Positions 10,112 to 20,282 of a DNA stretch of 64,000 bases are shown one piece after another. The stretch lies in the NCBI GenBank assembly GCA_038904515.1, contig JBCKKA010000001.1:3387-67386 (forward strand), given 5' to 3'. The notes under the pieces were generated by a model, which worked only from the letters and a program-made list of their open reading frames with translations, had not been told where the DNA came from and did not search any database. This DNA is from Acidimicrobiia bacterium (GTDB lineage: Bacteria; Actinomycetota; Acidimicrobiia; IMCC26256; PALSA-555). The stretch's first letter is position 1. Each line of letters opens with the position of its first letter. The position numbers were made by a program, and so were the translations under genes.

Positions 10112-10185
10112 GGTAACTCCTGCTATTAAGTATTGGGTTAATAAGTTTTATAAAAACTTGCTGGTATTAATAAACATATCCATAA

Positions 10186-10710
10186 TCAAAACTCAAGTTC
10201 CGATAGCGCCGACCAACGAGGATCACCCGAATCAGAGGCAGCAACCCCTAACTCCGGTGCTGGGCGAGAAAAATTTGCACAGGTTGCGGTGCCGCATGAC
10301 GGCGCTAACGGAAGTTCAACCACAAGAGTATCCCGAATCAACTGGTCAAGATCAATTTCGTTGCCAATTATTGGATACGTATCGCCTTCTATCGCTGATT
10401 CTTCAAATAGTTCATCAATTTCTACTAAAAGCGGTCCCGTTATTTCTTCTAAACAGATGCTGCACTGGGCCAGCCATGAACACGAAAAAGTGCCTCGAGC
10501 CACCACTCCTTCGGGAATGCGGGATAACACGAGATTGGCCTGAACCGGAATATTGATCTGGGCCGCGACTACCGCCAGCCCAGGAATATCGCACTCCGCA
10601 TCGATATCGCGCCGTGTCACCGCTCCGGTTAGTAAGTCGGTTATTTCAATACGGGTTCCGGACATATTGATAAGAGCCAGAGCACTGGCGTTGGTCATAA
10701 TTTCAATCAA
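10186..10710 (-). CDS. DUF177/YceD family protein (ribosome-assembly associated)
   Basis: 174-aa acidic protein with paired Cys motifs (CSICLEE, CGTATC). It lies immediately upstream of rpmF, which is the conserved YceD-L32 pairing. Confidence 0.8.
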   Translation of the reverse strand: MIEIMTNASALALINMSGTRIEITDLLTGAVTRRDIDAECDIPGLAVVAAQINIPVQANLVLSRIPEGVVARGTFSCSWLAQCSICLEEITGPLLVEIDELFEESAIEGDTYPIIGNEIDLDQLIRDTLVVELPLAPSCGTATCANFSRPAPELGVAASDSGDPRWSALSELEF

Positions 10711-10808
10711 TCGCTTAACTGAAATTGGGTAAATAATTCAGAATGTCTAATATAGCGCAACCAAAATTTAGTTATACCAAATAAGGATTTGCGCCACCAC
10801 TAACGAAC

Positions 10809-10830
10809 GCGACCATTTTAATTTGGTCGC
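10809..10830 (-). terminator. Candidate stem-loop after the 10842-11423 gene
   Basis: GCGACCA-(8 nt)-TGGTCGC, 11 nt after the stop, followed on the minus strand by GUUCGUU. It sits in an AT-rich 131-nt spacer. The U-tract is weak. Confidence 0.35.
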
Positions 10831-10841
10831 TTCAGCCCAGT

Positions 10842-11423
10842 TCACTCTTCGTTAGTCAAATCCTGATCAAAAAATTCCTGATCTTCTTCTTCGGCTTCGG
10901 ACTCCTCAACTACAAGGTTCGCACCGAAGCGGGCTCGGCCCCGCTTTGTAATTACCAAAAGATCCTCAAGAGTCTCTTCGAATTTCATTAGCTGACCGGC
11001 GGCAAAATCTTCGGCTTCGTTGCGCAGCCGACGAGAGTCGGTTTCGGCATCAAATACCAATTGCTCGGCCAGTCGGCGAGCTTCACGAACTATTTCGCTG
11101 CGTTCTACCATTCGCTGCGCTTGTGTACGCGCCGACTCGATAATTAGATCGGCATCACGCCGAGCCTCAACCAAAAACTGGTCGCGTTCTTTTATTAACC
11201 AACGAGCCCGTTGAATTTCTTCCGGTAAACCCTGAAGTGCCTCGTCGACAATCGATAACGCGTCATCACGACTTATAAGTACTGAAGCCGACATCGGCAT
11301 ATTGCGAGCATGATCAATTAAGTCGCGTAAATCGAGAAGGCATTCTTCCAGCGTAGGAACGGGCCCCGGGCTTGCTGGTGCGCTCGTGGTATCACCGTAT
11401 CGAGAGCGTCGCGGCGGAGTCAT
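10842..11423 (-). CDS. Coiled-coil protein of unknown function (ATP synthase b / V-ATPase G-like heptad region, acidic tail)
   Basis: 193-aa ORF, translationally coupled to coaD by an ATGA overlap. It has a long charged helical segment (RARWLIKERDQFLVEARRDADLIIESARTQAQRMVERSE...). No catalytic motif is recognisable. Confidence 0.5.
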   Translation of the reverse strand: MTPPRRSRYGDTTSAPASPGPVPTLEECLLDLRDLIDHARNMPMSASVLISRDDALSIVDEALQGLPEEIQRARWLIKERDQFLVEARRDADLIIESARTQAQRMVERSEIVREARRLAEQLVFDAETDSRRLRNEAEDFAAGQLMKFEETLEDLLVITKRGRARFGANLVVEESEAEEEDQEFFDQDLTNEE

Positions 11424-11914
11424 TCCTCAACAACCGCGTCACCGTAACGATCGCGTAATCGTTGCGCTACTAACGGTGGGACCATGCTCGAAACATCTCC
11501 GCCATAGCGAGACACCTCTCGCACCAAACTGGACGACAGAAAAGAATGCTGAGGACTAGTCGAGATAAAAAATGTATCTATTCCCGAAAGTCGCTGATTC
11601 ATTTGGGCCATCTGTAATTCGTAATCAAAGTCAGAAATTGCTCGTAACCCTTTTACAATAGAATCGGCGCCGTGCACTTTAGCGAAGTCAACCAATAAAC
11701 CTTTGAAAACTTCAATCTGAACATTTTTAAGATGCGCCGTAACTTCATGCAACATTTCTTTGCGTTCTTCAAGATCAAATAACGCGTTAGCCTTCTGCGG
11801 ATTTCGAATAACGGCCACGATTACGGTGGCAAAATGGCGGGACGTGCGTTCAATGATGTCGATATGACCCAAGGTGACTGGATCGAAAGATCCCGGACAC
11901 AACGCAGTAGCCAC
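11420..11914 (-). CDS. coaD: Phosphopantetheine adenylyltransferase
   Basis: CPGSFDPVTLGHIDII nucleotidyltransferase motif. 164 aa. Confidence 0.95.
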   Translation of the reverse strand: MATALCPGSFDPVTLGHIDIIERTSRHFATVIVAVIRNPQKANALFDLEERKEMLHEVTAHLKNVQIEVFKGLLVDFAKVHGADSIVKGLRAISDFDYELQMAQMNQRLSGIDTFFISTSPQHSFLSSSLVREVSRYGGDVSSMVPPLVAQRLRDRYGDAVVEE

Positions 11915-11934
11915 TTCTTGCCACCTTTCGTCGA

Positions 11935-12528
11935 TCAGTCTAAGTGTCGATAATTTATTTTGGTCTTTAGCGTTACTACGAGCGTACCGCCGTATTTACG
12001 CTCCGAGGTGGTGATCCAGTCGTCGGCTAACCCGGTAGCCGCGGTGCCGGCTGATGCTTGTTCAACCACAACCCGCCCGCCTTTAGCGAGCCAGCCGATT
12101 TCACCAAGTCCCGCGAGAACACGCGGAATTTCTACCCGCGCGGTCTCGTAAGGCGGGTCGCAGTAGATCAGATCGAACGGTGCTTCGGAGGGAAGCGGGC
12201 CGGCCAAAAAACGCGCTACTTCGCTCTCCACGACTCGGGCCTGTTCATTGCTCCGCGTTAGTTCGAGATTTGTCCGACAAGTTGCTGCGGTTTTTCGATC
12301 GCCCTCAATGAAAACTGCCACCGCCGCGCCGCGCGACAATGCTTCGATTCCGATTGCGCCGCTGCCGCAGTAGAGATCGAGAATCGACATTCCCGAAATG
12401 TCGCCTAACGCGGAAAATATTGCTTCGCGTACTCTTTCTGTTGTCGGCCGAATGTCGGCTGGAGTAGTTATTTTTTGCCCCTTAAGCGTCCCCGCAACAA
12501 TGCGAATACGGCCACCCGACTTGGCCAT
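11935..12528 (-). CDS. rsmD: 16S rRNA (guanine966-N2)-methyltransferase RsmD
   Basis: SAM-binding motif LDLYCGSGAIGIEALSRG and the DPPY motif (IYCDPPYE). Conserved rsmD-coaD pairing. Confidence 0.9.
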   Translation of the reverse strand: MAKSGGRIRIVAGTLKGQKITTPADIRPTTERVREAIFSALGDISGMSILDLYCGSGAIGIEALSRGAAVAVFIEGDRKTAATCRTNLELTRSNEQARVVESEVARFLAGPLPSEAPFDLIYCDPPYETARVEIPRVLAGLGEIGWLAKGGRVVVEQASAGTAATGLADDWITTSERKYGGTLVVTLKTKINYRHLD

Positions 12529-14672
12529 CAGCTCTTGAAGAGGAACTCAACGGAGTCGCCCAAGAGGTCCTCAACCTCTTCTCGCAACTGAGCATGAGCC
12601 GAAAGATTGGGGTCGGAATCAAGAATCGTCTCGGCCAAATCGCGCGCGGCTATCACTACTGGCTCGTCGCGGGGTAACCGCCCAAGCTTTAAATCGGTAA
12701 ATCCGGATTGTCGCTCACCAAAGACCGCACCCGATCCGCGAATCTCCAGATCCCGTTCGGCCAATTCAAACCCATCGTTGCTTTCACACATTGCGTCAAG
12801 TCGTGCTTGACCTTCGGGAGTCGAGGGCTCGGCCAAAAGAAAACACCGCGAGGCGTGCGCACCCCGTCCGATTCGACCTCGCAACTGATGAAGCTGAAGC
12901 AATCCAAATCGGTCAGCATTTTCGATCACCATAACGGTGGCATTAGGTATATCAACCCCCACTTCAACCACCGTCGTGGCCACAAGAACATCAAGATCGC
13001 CGTCGCGAAATTTATTCATAACGCTTTCTTTTTCCGCTGAGGGCATCTGGCCGTGCAATAAGCCCAGACGCAACCCCGCTAGTTCTTCTCGACCAAGACG
13101 CTCAAACTCTTCGGTGGCTGCTTTCGCTTCGAGTTTGTCCGATTCTTCTACCAATGGGCAGACAACGAATGCTTGACGACCTTCCGCTATTTCGTTCGTA
13201 AGCACAGAATAAACCGCGCTACGTTCTCCTTCTCCGGGGCCAACAATGCTCGTAGCGATTGGAGAACGCCCCGCGGGAAGAGTCCGTAATTCTGATTTAT
13301 CAAGATCCCCGTAAATAAGCATTGCTGCAGTTCGAGGAATAGGGGTGGCCGTCATAACTAAAACATCCGGTTCGTCACCTTTTCCGCGCAATACGTCGCG
13401 TTGTTCAACTCCGAATCGATGCTGTTCATCAATAACGATTACCCCTAGTCGCGAGAACTGAATTCCGTCGTATATCAAGGCGTGAGTACCTACGACTATG
13501 TCGACCACTCCCGCGCTAAGTCCTTCAGTAATTTTTCGGCGCTCAGCCGCAGTGGTTTTATTGGTCAGCAGGGCAATTCCCACTGGACGCTCGCCTAACA
13601 ACGAATCCGATTCACTAATGGTGAGACCTTTGACCATCGCGCGTAAAGTCAGCGCGTGTTGTTCAGCCAGCACTTCGGTCGGCGCCATAAAGGCACTTTG
13701 GTATTCGCCCTGAACCGCCACCAGCATTGCCGCTAGCGCGAGAACCGTCTTGCCCGATCCAACCTCACCCTGAAGCAAGCGATGCATGGGTCCAGGAGCA
13801 GCCAAATCAGTAAAAATTTCTTCGCATACGAGCGATTGATCTTCAGTTAGAGTAAACGGCAAATTTTCTAAAAATTTAGGAACTAACGGCCCGTCGACAA
13901 TATGAGATATTCCCCTGCTCGTACTTTCGATTGCCCGTTTGCGCGCGACCAGACCTAATTGCATCCGCATGAACTCGTCAAAAGTTAACCGCTTGCGAGC
14001 GCGGGCGACTTCGTTCATTCCGTCAGGACGATGGATTTCTTGATAAGCCGTAGCCCGATCAACAAGGTCGAAGGCAGCTAGCCGTTCACTGTCCAAAGGG
14101 TCATAGAACGAGCGCGATTCACACCGTTGTAATGCCGCGCTAACAAGTTTTCTTATTTGCCAACTATGAATTCCCGCTTTGCCTGATTGGGGATAAATCG
14201 GCAGCAGAACACCAGTGAACGGCTCCCCGGCTTTTTCCAGTACATCAACTGCGGGATTAATCATTTGAAAACGCCCGCGACTCATAGCGGGCCGACCAAA
14301 AACCGAAACTTCGGTGTCTACTGGAATTTTTCCGCGGTACTCCTGATTAAAAAATGTGAGTCGCAGTTGCGATGTGCCATCAAAAAGTTCTAACTCGACA
14401 ATTGGGCGACGGCCAGGCGGTCGGCGTACTGAAACTTTTTTTATTGTGCCGGCAACAGTCGCTTCCTCGTCAGGTTTCAATTGAGCAATCTCCTGAACAT
14501 TGGTGCGATCGTGATAGCGGCGGGGATAGTGCTCCAGCAGGTCGAGAACCGACACAATTCCAACTTCAGCTAGTTGGGCTGCGAGTTTGGGTCCGACCGC
14601 GCGCAACTCCGTTACCGATAAATCCCGCAATTCCCGTAACGCCAGACCGACTGGGGCCCTTTCCGTTTCCAC
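12528..14672 (-). CDS. recG: ATP-dependent DNA helicase RecG
   Basis: 714 aa. Wedge/OB N-terminal domain, Walker A GEVGSGKT, DEQHRFG, and helicase C motifs (QLRGRIGRG). Confidence 0.96.
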   Translation of the reverse strand: METERAPVGLALRELRDLSVTELRAVGPKLAAQLAEVGIVSVLDLLEHYPRRYHDRTNVQEIAQLKPDEEATVAGTIKKVSVRRPPGRRPIVELELFDGTSQLRLTFFNQEYRGKIPVDTEVSVFGRPAMSRGRFQMINPAVDVLEKAGEPFTGVLLPIYPQSGKAGIHSWQIRKLVSAALQRCESRSFYDPLDSERLAAFDLVDRATAYQEIHRPDGMNEVARARKRLTFDEFMRMQLGLVARKRAIESTSRGISHIVDGPLVPKFLENLPFTLTEDQSLVCEEIFTDLAAPGPMHRLLQGEVGSGKTVLALAAMLVAVQGEYQSAFMAPTEVLAEQHALTLRAMVKGLTISESDSLLGERPVGIALLTNKTTAAERRKITEGLSAGVVDIVVGTHALIYDGIQFSRLGVIVIDEQHRFGVEQRDVLRGKGDEPDVLVMTATPIPRTAAMLIYGDLDKSELRTLPAGRSPIATSIVGPGEGERSAVYSVLTNEIAEGRQAFVVCPLVEESDKLEAKAATEEFERLGREELAGLRLGLLHGQMPSAEKESVMNKFRDGDLDVLVATTVVEVGVDIPNATVMVIENADRFGLLQLHQLRGRIGRGAHASRCFLLAEPSTPEGQARLDAMCESNDGFELAERDLEIRGSGAVFGERQSGFTDLKLGRLPRDEPVVIAARDLAETILDSDPNLSAHAQLREEVEDLLGDSVEFLFKS

Positions 14673-16328
14673 TTACTCCACGCCAATAAGAAATGGGTAG
14701 AGCGGTTGGTTGCCTTCGTGCACCTCAACTTCAAGGTTGGAATGCTCAAGACCAAGATGCTCCCGCAACTTGGTTACATCAGCGGGTCGAGCATCGGATC
14801 CAAGGAGAACCGTCACTAGTTCGCTCTCTTCTTGAATCAAGTGCTCGATTAAACAAATCGCAGCTTCGATTGGAGTTGACGAAGCCGAGCAGATTCCGTC
14901 GCGAGAGATCGCTATCCAATCGCCCTCGGCAATAGGACCGCACTCGGCGGCACTGTCCCGTACGGCTTGAGTAATTTCACCTGCCCTTACCCGGCCGGCA
15001 GCAGCAGTCATAGCTTCAACATTCTCATCTAGTGGAGCCGAAGGGTCGTAAGCCATTAATGCCGACAAACCTTCCACTACTGAATAAGTAGGAACTACTC
15101 CAATCTCGCGATCGGTCAGCTCCCCTACTTTCTGCGCTACCGGAATAATATTTTTATTATTAGGAAGAACGATCACGCCGTCGGCCGCCACTCGATCGAC
15201 CGCTTCGAGTATTTGTCCGGTGGATGGGTTCATTGACTGTCCACCCGCGATTACTTCCCTAACGCCAACCGAACTGAGTAAACGCTGTAAGCCTCGTCCT
15301 ACCGCCACTGCCACTACTCCCGTAGTAACGGGATCGCTCGATTCATTCTCGGCGTTAGATTCGTCATCTCCCGCCGAACGAACCCACTGCTCCTCTTCTA
15401 CTTGCTCAATCAGATCGGTAACTCTTATTTCGCGGGGTCGGCCGGCCTGAATACCGGCTTCTATTGCGGCACCGATTTCATTGGTATGAATGTGGCAATT
15501 CCATAAGCCACTACTTCCCACCACGACTATGGAGTCGCCAATCGCACCCCAAGTTTTTTTGAACTCGCCGATGGTCGTATCTTCGGCTTCAAGCAAGTAC
15601 ATAACTTCGTAACGTAGTGAAGACAACTCCGAGTCGTGCTGATGGTGCATAACTGAATCAGGAAGATCGATTTCCTCGGGTTCAGGTATGGCGCGTCCGT
15701 CAATAACATTTAGAAACGACCACAGCAATAATGTGTAACCAAGCGCACCTGCGTCCACCACTCCGGCGTCTTTAAGCGCGGGTAGAAGATCGGGGCTTTC
15801 ATCGACCGCGGTTTGCGCAGCCAAGACCGCTCGTTCGAGAACGACTAATAGCGAGTCACCTTTTGCATTTTTATCTTCGATTGCCTCCGCCGCCTCCGCC
15901 GAACACCGAACCGCAGTGAGAATGGTGCCTTCGACCGGACGCATAACTGCTTGGTAAGCGGAATCCGCGGCGATCCGCAGCCCGCTTATTACTTCTTTAC
16001 CTTCGACAACTTCGGCGGAAGCAAAAGTATCGGCCAAACCGCGCAATATTTGCGAAAGAATCACGCCCGAATTGCCTCGAGCACCCATTAACGATCCGTG
16101 CGCTAACGCTTGACACACATCAGCCATCTGCTCGGCATCGCCCACCTCGGTACACACCGATTCAAGAGTCAGAGCCATATTGGTACCGGTGTCGCCATCG
16201 GGTACCGGATACACATTGAGACGATTCAGCTCGTCTTGGTGGGCTCGCAGCGTGTCGCGAAATGTAGTGATAACCCGAGCAAGGGCTGCGCCATCAAGCG
16301 CTTGTAGAGCAACCATTAGACGGTTCAT
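14673..16328 (-). CDS. DAK2 domain fusion protein (YloV family)
   Basis: N-terminal Dak2 motif PDGDTGTNM. 551 aa. Conserved position between recG and the divergent rpmB. Confidence 0.88.
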   Translation of the reverse strand: MNRLMVALQALDGAALARVITTFRDTLRAHQDELNRLNVYPVPDGDTGTNMALTLESVCTEVGDAEQMADVCQALAHGSLMGARGNSGVILSQILRGLADTFASAEVVEGKEVISGLRIAADSAYQAVMRPVEGTILTAVRCSAEAAEAIEDKNAKGDSLLVVLERAVLAAQTAVDESPDLLPALKDAGVVDAGALGYTLLLWSFLNVIDGRAIPEPEEIDLPDSVMHHQHDSELSSLRYEVMYLLEAEDTTIGEFKKTWGAIGDSIVVVGSSGLWNCHIHTNEIGAAIEAGIQAGRPREIRVTDLIEQVEEEQWVRSAGDDESNAENESSDPVTTGVVAVAVGRGLQRLLSSVGVREVIAGGQSMNPSTGQILEAVDRVAADGVIVLPNNKNIIPVAQKVGELTDREIGVVPTYSVVEGLSALMAYDPSAPLDENVEAMTAAAGRVRAGEITQAVRDSAAECGPIAEGDWIAISRDGICSASSTPIEAAICLIEHLIQEESELVTVLLGSDARPADVTKLREHLGLEHSNLEVEVHEGNQPLYPFLIGVE

Positions 16329-16412
16329 GCTAGCGGCGCCACCATAAGAGCGGATTGCGGGGCCGCTGATAACCTAAAGGATCATCATTTGGAATCAGTA
16401 ATATCTGAAGAT

Positions 16413-16451
16413 CCCAGAAAATAAGCCCAGAAAATAAGCCCAGAAAATAAG
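16413..16451 (+). repeat. Perfect 13-nt x3 tandem repeat in the rpmB upstream/leader region
   Basis: cccagaaaataag occurs at 16413-16425, 16426-16438 and 16439-16451. It is followed at once by cAGGAGAGG (Shine-Dalgarno) and the rpmB ATG at 16471. Confidence 0.95.
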
Positions 16452-16470
16452 CAGGAGAGGCGCAGAAACA

Positions 16471-16659
16471 ATGGCAGCGGTATGCGATGTATGCGGGAAG
16501 AGCCCAAGATTTGGTATGCAGTTGAGCCACTCTCATCGCCGCTCCAAGCGTCGTTGGGATCCCAATATCCAAAAAGTCCGGGCAATCGTGAATGGAACAC
16601 CCAAACGAGTTGCGGTATGCACTTCGTGTCTCAAGGCCGGAAAAGTTCAAAAACCGTAA
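16471..16659 (+). CDS. rpmB: 50S ribosomal protein L28
   Basis: MAAVCDVCGKSPRFGMQLSHSHRRSKRRWDPNIQKV...CTSCLKAGKV. This is the Zn-ribbon (C+) form of L28. Confidence 0.95.
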   Translation: MAAVCDVCGKSPRFGMQLSHSHRRSKRRWDPNIQKVRAIVNGTPKRVAVCTSCLKAGKVQKP

Positions 16660-16670
16660 CCAGCACTGAT

Positions 16671-16910
16671 ATGCAGGGCGTAATTCGCAGTTTTGATTCT
16701 GTCAGCGGTGAAGGAATAGTCGTATCCTACAAAGATCGACAAGAATTTATTCTCGCAGCTAACGCGTTAGAAGGTTCGTTATTTAGAAATCTTCGTCAAG
16801 GACAGCGGATTAATTTTGAACTTGACAACAACGGTAACGCTACCCAAGTGCGAATTGGCTCGGAATCTGACATGGGCATAACGGCCGTGGATCTTGAAGG
16901 GCCTAAATAA
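16671..16910 (+). CDS. Small OB-fold, cold-shock-domain-like protein
   Basis: 79 aa from the ATG at 16671: MQGVIRSFDSVSGEGIVVSYKDRQEF... This resembles a degenerate CSD (GxVKxFxxxKGFGFI pattern). The longer track ORF from 16482 overlaps rpmB out of frame. The stop TAA abuts the pckG ATG. Confidence 0.45.
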   Translation: MQGVIRSFDSVSGEGIVVSYKDRQEFILAANALEGSLFRNLRQGQRINFELDNNGNATQVRIGSESDMGITAVDLEGPK

Positions 16911-18734
16911 ATGGCAAATCTTTCGGTAACCGACGCGCCCACTAAACACCAAAAACTTCTAGCGTGGGTTAACGAAATATCCGAATTATGCCAGCCTGAT
17001 TCCATTCATTGGATTGACGGTTCCGACGAAGAATACAAAATGCTCTGCCAACGACTTGTTGACGCGGGAACACTCACTGCGCTGAACTCCGACCGGCGAC
17101 CAGGTTCTTACTGGGCCACTAGCGACCCCGGCGATGTTGCTCGGGTTGAAGACCGGACATTTATTTGTTCAGAATCTGAATCTGATGCGGGACCGACAAA
17201 TAACTGGATGAATCCGCTCGATATGCGAAAAAAAATGCAGGGACTTTTCGCGGGTTCAATGCGGGGCCGCACTATGTATGTCATTCCCTTTTCTATGGGC
17301 CCACTGGGTTCGCCGCTATCCTACACCGGAGTTGAGCTAACCGACTCGGCTTATGTTGCCATCAGTATGCGAGTAATGACCCGTTCCGGTCAGGGTGCTC
17401 TCGATGTGCTCGGTACCGACGGCACCTTTGTTCCGTGCGTGCACTCACTCGGAGCGCCCCTAGCGGATGGAGAGGCCGACGTGGCTTGGCCCTGTAACCC
17501 CGATGAAAAATGGATTGTTCACTATCCGGAAACTCGCGAAATCTGGTCTTACGGATCGGGCTACGGTGGCAATGCTCTCCTCGGTAAGAAATGTTTTGCG
17601 CTGCGTATTGCTTCGGTTATTGCTCGCGATGAAGGCTGGCTGGCCGAACACATGTTGATTCTCAAACTCACCAGCCCGAAAGGCAAAGTTTTTTACCTAG
17701 CCGCGGCCTTTCCTTCTGCGTGCGGAAAAACCAATCTGGCGATGTTGATACCAACTGTTGCCGGCTGGAAAGCCGAATGTGTGGGCGACGACATTTGCTG
17801 GATGAAGTTTGGCGAAGACGGCCGGCTCTACGCCATCAACCCTGAAAATGGCTTCTTTGGTGTTGCGCCCGGAACTAACCGTGAAACCAACCGCAACGCG
17901 ATGGAAACCATTAAGTCAAACACCGTATTTACTAATACCGCGCTAACTGATGAGGGTGATGTTTGGTGGGAAGGATTCGGCGGCGAGCCACCGGCGCACT
18001 TAATCGACTGGCGTCGCGAAGACTGGACTCCCGCCACCGAAAGCCCCGCCGCGCACCCGAACGCCCGTTTCTGTACTCCCCTTACCCAGTGCCCTATTCT
18101 GGCGCCCGAATTTGATGAAGCCAAGGGCGTTCCTATTTCTGCCTTTTTGTTCGGTGGTCGGCGCGCCACCACTGTTCCGCTCGTGTACGAATCTCGCGAC
18201 TGGAATCACGGTGTATTCATCGCCGCCACGATGGGGTCAGAAAAAACCGCGGCCGCTACTGGCGGACTGGGTGAACTCCGACGCGACCCTTTTGCCATGC
18301 TCCCGTTCTGCGGTTATCACATGGGTGACTACTTTTCCCACTGGCTATCAATGGCCAGCCGCACCGACGCGGCGAAGTTGCCGAAGATTTATGGAGTTAA
18401 TTGGTTTCGCAAGAGTGCCGACGGTGACTTCCTCTGGCCGGGCTTTGGTGAGAACTTTCGGGTACTGGAATGGATCTGCCGCCGACTCGAAAACGAGGCT
18501 GACGGAGTTGACACCGCTATCGGCGTAGTGCCGCGTCCCGAAGACCTCGAACTAACTGGGCTTACCGACGCCGAACTTAACGCCACTGCCGAAGCCCTTG
18601 CCGTAAATCCGGCCGAGTGGAAAGCGGAACTACCCACCACCGTTGAGCACTTCAACTCTTTTGCCGAAAAACTTCCCAGCGTATTGCGAGACGAACTTGA
18701 CGCCCTGGAAAAGCGCCTCAACGCTTCGTCCTAA
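16911..18734 (+). CDS. pckG: Phosphoenolpyruvate carboxykinase (GTP)
   Basis: 607 aa. Kinase-1a P-loop FPSACGKTN, with GTP-PEPCK N-terminal and C-terminal signatures (NARFC, WFRK). Confidence 0.96.
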   Translation: MANLSVTDAPTKHQKLLAWVNEISELCQPDSIHWIDGSDEEYKMLCQRLVDAGTLTALNSDRRPGSYWATSDPGDVARVEDRTFICSESESDAGPTNNWMNPLDMRKKMQGLFAGSMRGRTMYVIPFSMGPLGSPLSYTGVELTDSAYVAISMRVMTRSGQGALDVLGTDGTFVPCVHSLGAPLADGEADVAWPCNPDEKWIVHYPETREIWSYGSGYGGNALLGKKCFALRIASVIARDEGWLAEHMLILKLTSPKGKVFYLAAAFPSACGKTNLAMLIPTVAGWKAECVGDDICWMKFGEDGRLYAINPENGFFGVAPGTNRETNRNAMETIKSNTVFTNTALTDEGDVWWEGFGGEPPAHLIDWRREDWTPATESPAAHPNARFCTPLTQCPILAPEFDEAKGVPISAFLFGGRRATTVPLVYESRDWNHGVFIAATMGSEKTAAATGGLGELRRDPFAMLPFCGYHMGDYFSHWLSMASRTDAAKLPKIYGVNWFRKSADGDFLWPGFGENFRVLEWICRRLENEADGVDTAIGVVPRPEDLELTGLTDAELNATAEALAVNPAEWKAELPTTVEHFNSFAEKLPSVLRDELDALEKRLNASS

Positions 18735-18751
18735 TCCGGACAAAATTTCGG

Positions 18752-19897
18752 TCAGCTAGTAGCAGTCGACCGACTAGCGCGTTCCGTTCGGCGCGCGTGC
18801 CGCTCAATCGCCAGAGCGATCAAACGATCGAGTAACGCTGAGTAGCTCAAACCCGATTCTTCCCAAAGTCGGGGATACATCGAGATGGGAGTGAAACCAG
18901 GAATGGTATTTACTTCGTTGACAAGAAATCCTCGACCGGGACTACCGTCGTTACGCTTCTCTTCGTAAAAAAAATCAACGCGCGCCATTGCTTCGCATCG
19001 GCAAGCCAAGAAAGCTCGGCTAGCCAAGTCTTGAACCTCGGTTACCAGCCCAGAGGCCAGCGGGGCGGGCGCTAATAACTCGGCGGAATTGTCGATATAT
19101 TTATCATCGTAAGAATAAAAATCTGATCCGGGAATGATTTCTCCCGGTACTGATGCCACGGGTGGGTTGTCGCCCAGAATTGCCACTTCGATTTCACGAC
19201 CAACAACGCCTTCTTCAACAATTGCCCACTCGTCGTATTCCCATGCCCGATCAAGTGCTGACTTGAATTCGGCTTTGCTAGTAACTTTAGAAATCCCTAT
19301 TGATGATCCAAGGTTGGCCGGTTTAATAAACATCGGGTAACCAAATCTCAATTCCGCTCCGGCGAGGGCCGCAGCCCCATCAGACCCCGCTCGCAAAGGT
19401 AACCAGTCCGATACCACAAGCTTTTCGGCCATAAAAGCTCGCTTCATAATTATTTTGTCCATGGCCACTGCTGAGCCAACCACGCCTGACCCTACATACG
19501 GCGCGTCGGCTAGTTCGAACAAACCTTGAATGGTTCCGTCTTCGCCGAAGGGCCCGTGCAATAGCGGCAAGGCGACATCGAAAGACAAATCACCAACATC
19601 AAGCGTTGGGTCTAAGAGCGAAAGGGTTCGACGGCCAGGGGTTGATGGTCCAATCACCGAAATTCCTTCAACTGCGAACGAAGCGGGAACATTTTTTCGA
19701 TCACCAGCAAGAAACTTTTGAGTATTAGTTGCGAGCAACCATTCGCCGGTGCGGGTTATCCCTACGGGGACCACCTCGTAGCTATCGCGGTCGAGGGCAA
19801 TCGCCGCGCCTACTGCGCTGACACAAGAGACATCGTGTTCGGCCGACCGGCCACCAAAAAGAAGAAGGATCCGCATGCGTTTTTTCATCGTGAACAA
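18752..19897 (-). CDS. ddl: D-alanine--D-alanine ligase
   Basis: LLFGGRSAEHDVS N-terminal motif and an ATP-grasp core. The true start may be the internal MRILLLFGG. Confidence 0.93.
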   Translation of the reverse strand: MFTMKKRMRILLLFGGRSAEHDVSCVSAVGAAIALDRDSYEVVPVGITRTGEWLLATNTQKFLAGDRKNVPASFAVEGISVIGPSTPGRRTLSLLDPTLDVGDLSFDVALPLLHGPFGEDGTIQGLFELADAPYVGSGVVGSAVAMDKIIMKRAFMAEKLVVSDWLPLRAGSDGAAALAGAELRFGYPMFIKPANLGSSIGISKVTSKAEFKSALDRAWEYDEWAIVEEGVVGREIEVAILGDNPPVASVPGEIIPGSDFYSYDDKYIDNSAELLAPAPLASGLVTEVQDLASRAFLACRCEAMARVDFFYEEKRNDGSPGRGFLVNEVNTIPGFTPISMYPRLWEESGLSYSALLDRLIALAIERHARRTERASRSTATS

Positions 19898-19904
19898 CTA
19901 TTCA

Positions 19905-20270
19905 TTAACCGACCTGCAGAATGGCACGAATTCCTAGCCCCATTAGGAATAAACCGGTAAGACCGTAAAGCATCTCGCGCCGCCCGCGCATTTGGTCACG
20001 ATATTGATAAGCCAAACCCACGGTTAAGAAAGCAATAAATCCGTAAAACATATGAAAACGAGCAATTCGGTAATCACCGCTGGCCACCAGAACTACTCCC
20101 GTCAAGACCTGCACCAGCATGGCGACTTCGGCCGCAATGATGGAAACCCAGAGCCAGCGGCCGCGAATTTTTGGCACCCGCCACGCCAACAACGCGGCGG
20201 CACCGAGCAATCCGTTAGCCACAATGGCCACGTATCCCCACCAGTCGTGAAATGAATGAAGGATCGCCAC
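19905..20270 (-). CDS. Small 4-TM membrane protein of unknown function
   Basis: 121 aa with four hydrophobic segments and several His residues near helix ends (HSFH, RFHMF). Tightly packed between the ABM gene and ddl. Confidence 0.55.
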   Translation of the reverse strand: MAILHSFHDWWGYVAIVANGLLGAAALLAWRVPKIRGRWLWVSIIAAEVAMLVQVLTGVVLVASGDYRIARFHMFYGFIAFLTVGLAYQYRDQMRGRREMLYGLTGLFLMGLGIRAILQVG

Positions 20271-20282
20271 AGTATTAGTTAT

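Noticed and set aside
10112-10185. AT-rich spacer between the DUF177 gene and rpmF as a distinct element
   Set aside because: It probably holds just an internal promoter and Shine-Dalgarno region for rpmF. It has several TAnnnT hexamers but no unique -35/-10 pair I could defend.
9519-10556. 345-aa plus-strand ORF spanning plsX, rpmF and the DUF177 gene
   Set aside because: It is antisense to three well-supported genes and crosses their intergenic spacers. Its composition is low-complexity and Ala/Ser/Thr/Pro-rich, as is typical of shadow frames. No motif is present.
16482-16910. 142-aa ORF as a single gene
   Set aside because: Its first 60 codons overlap rpmB in another frame and look like shadow sequence. 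The OB-fold-like part starts at the internal ATG at 16671.
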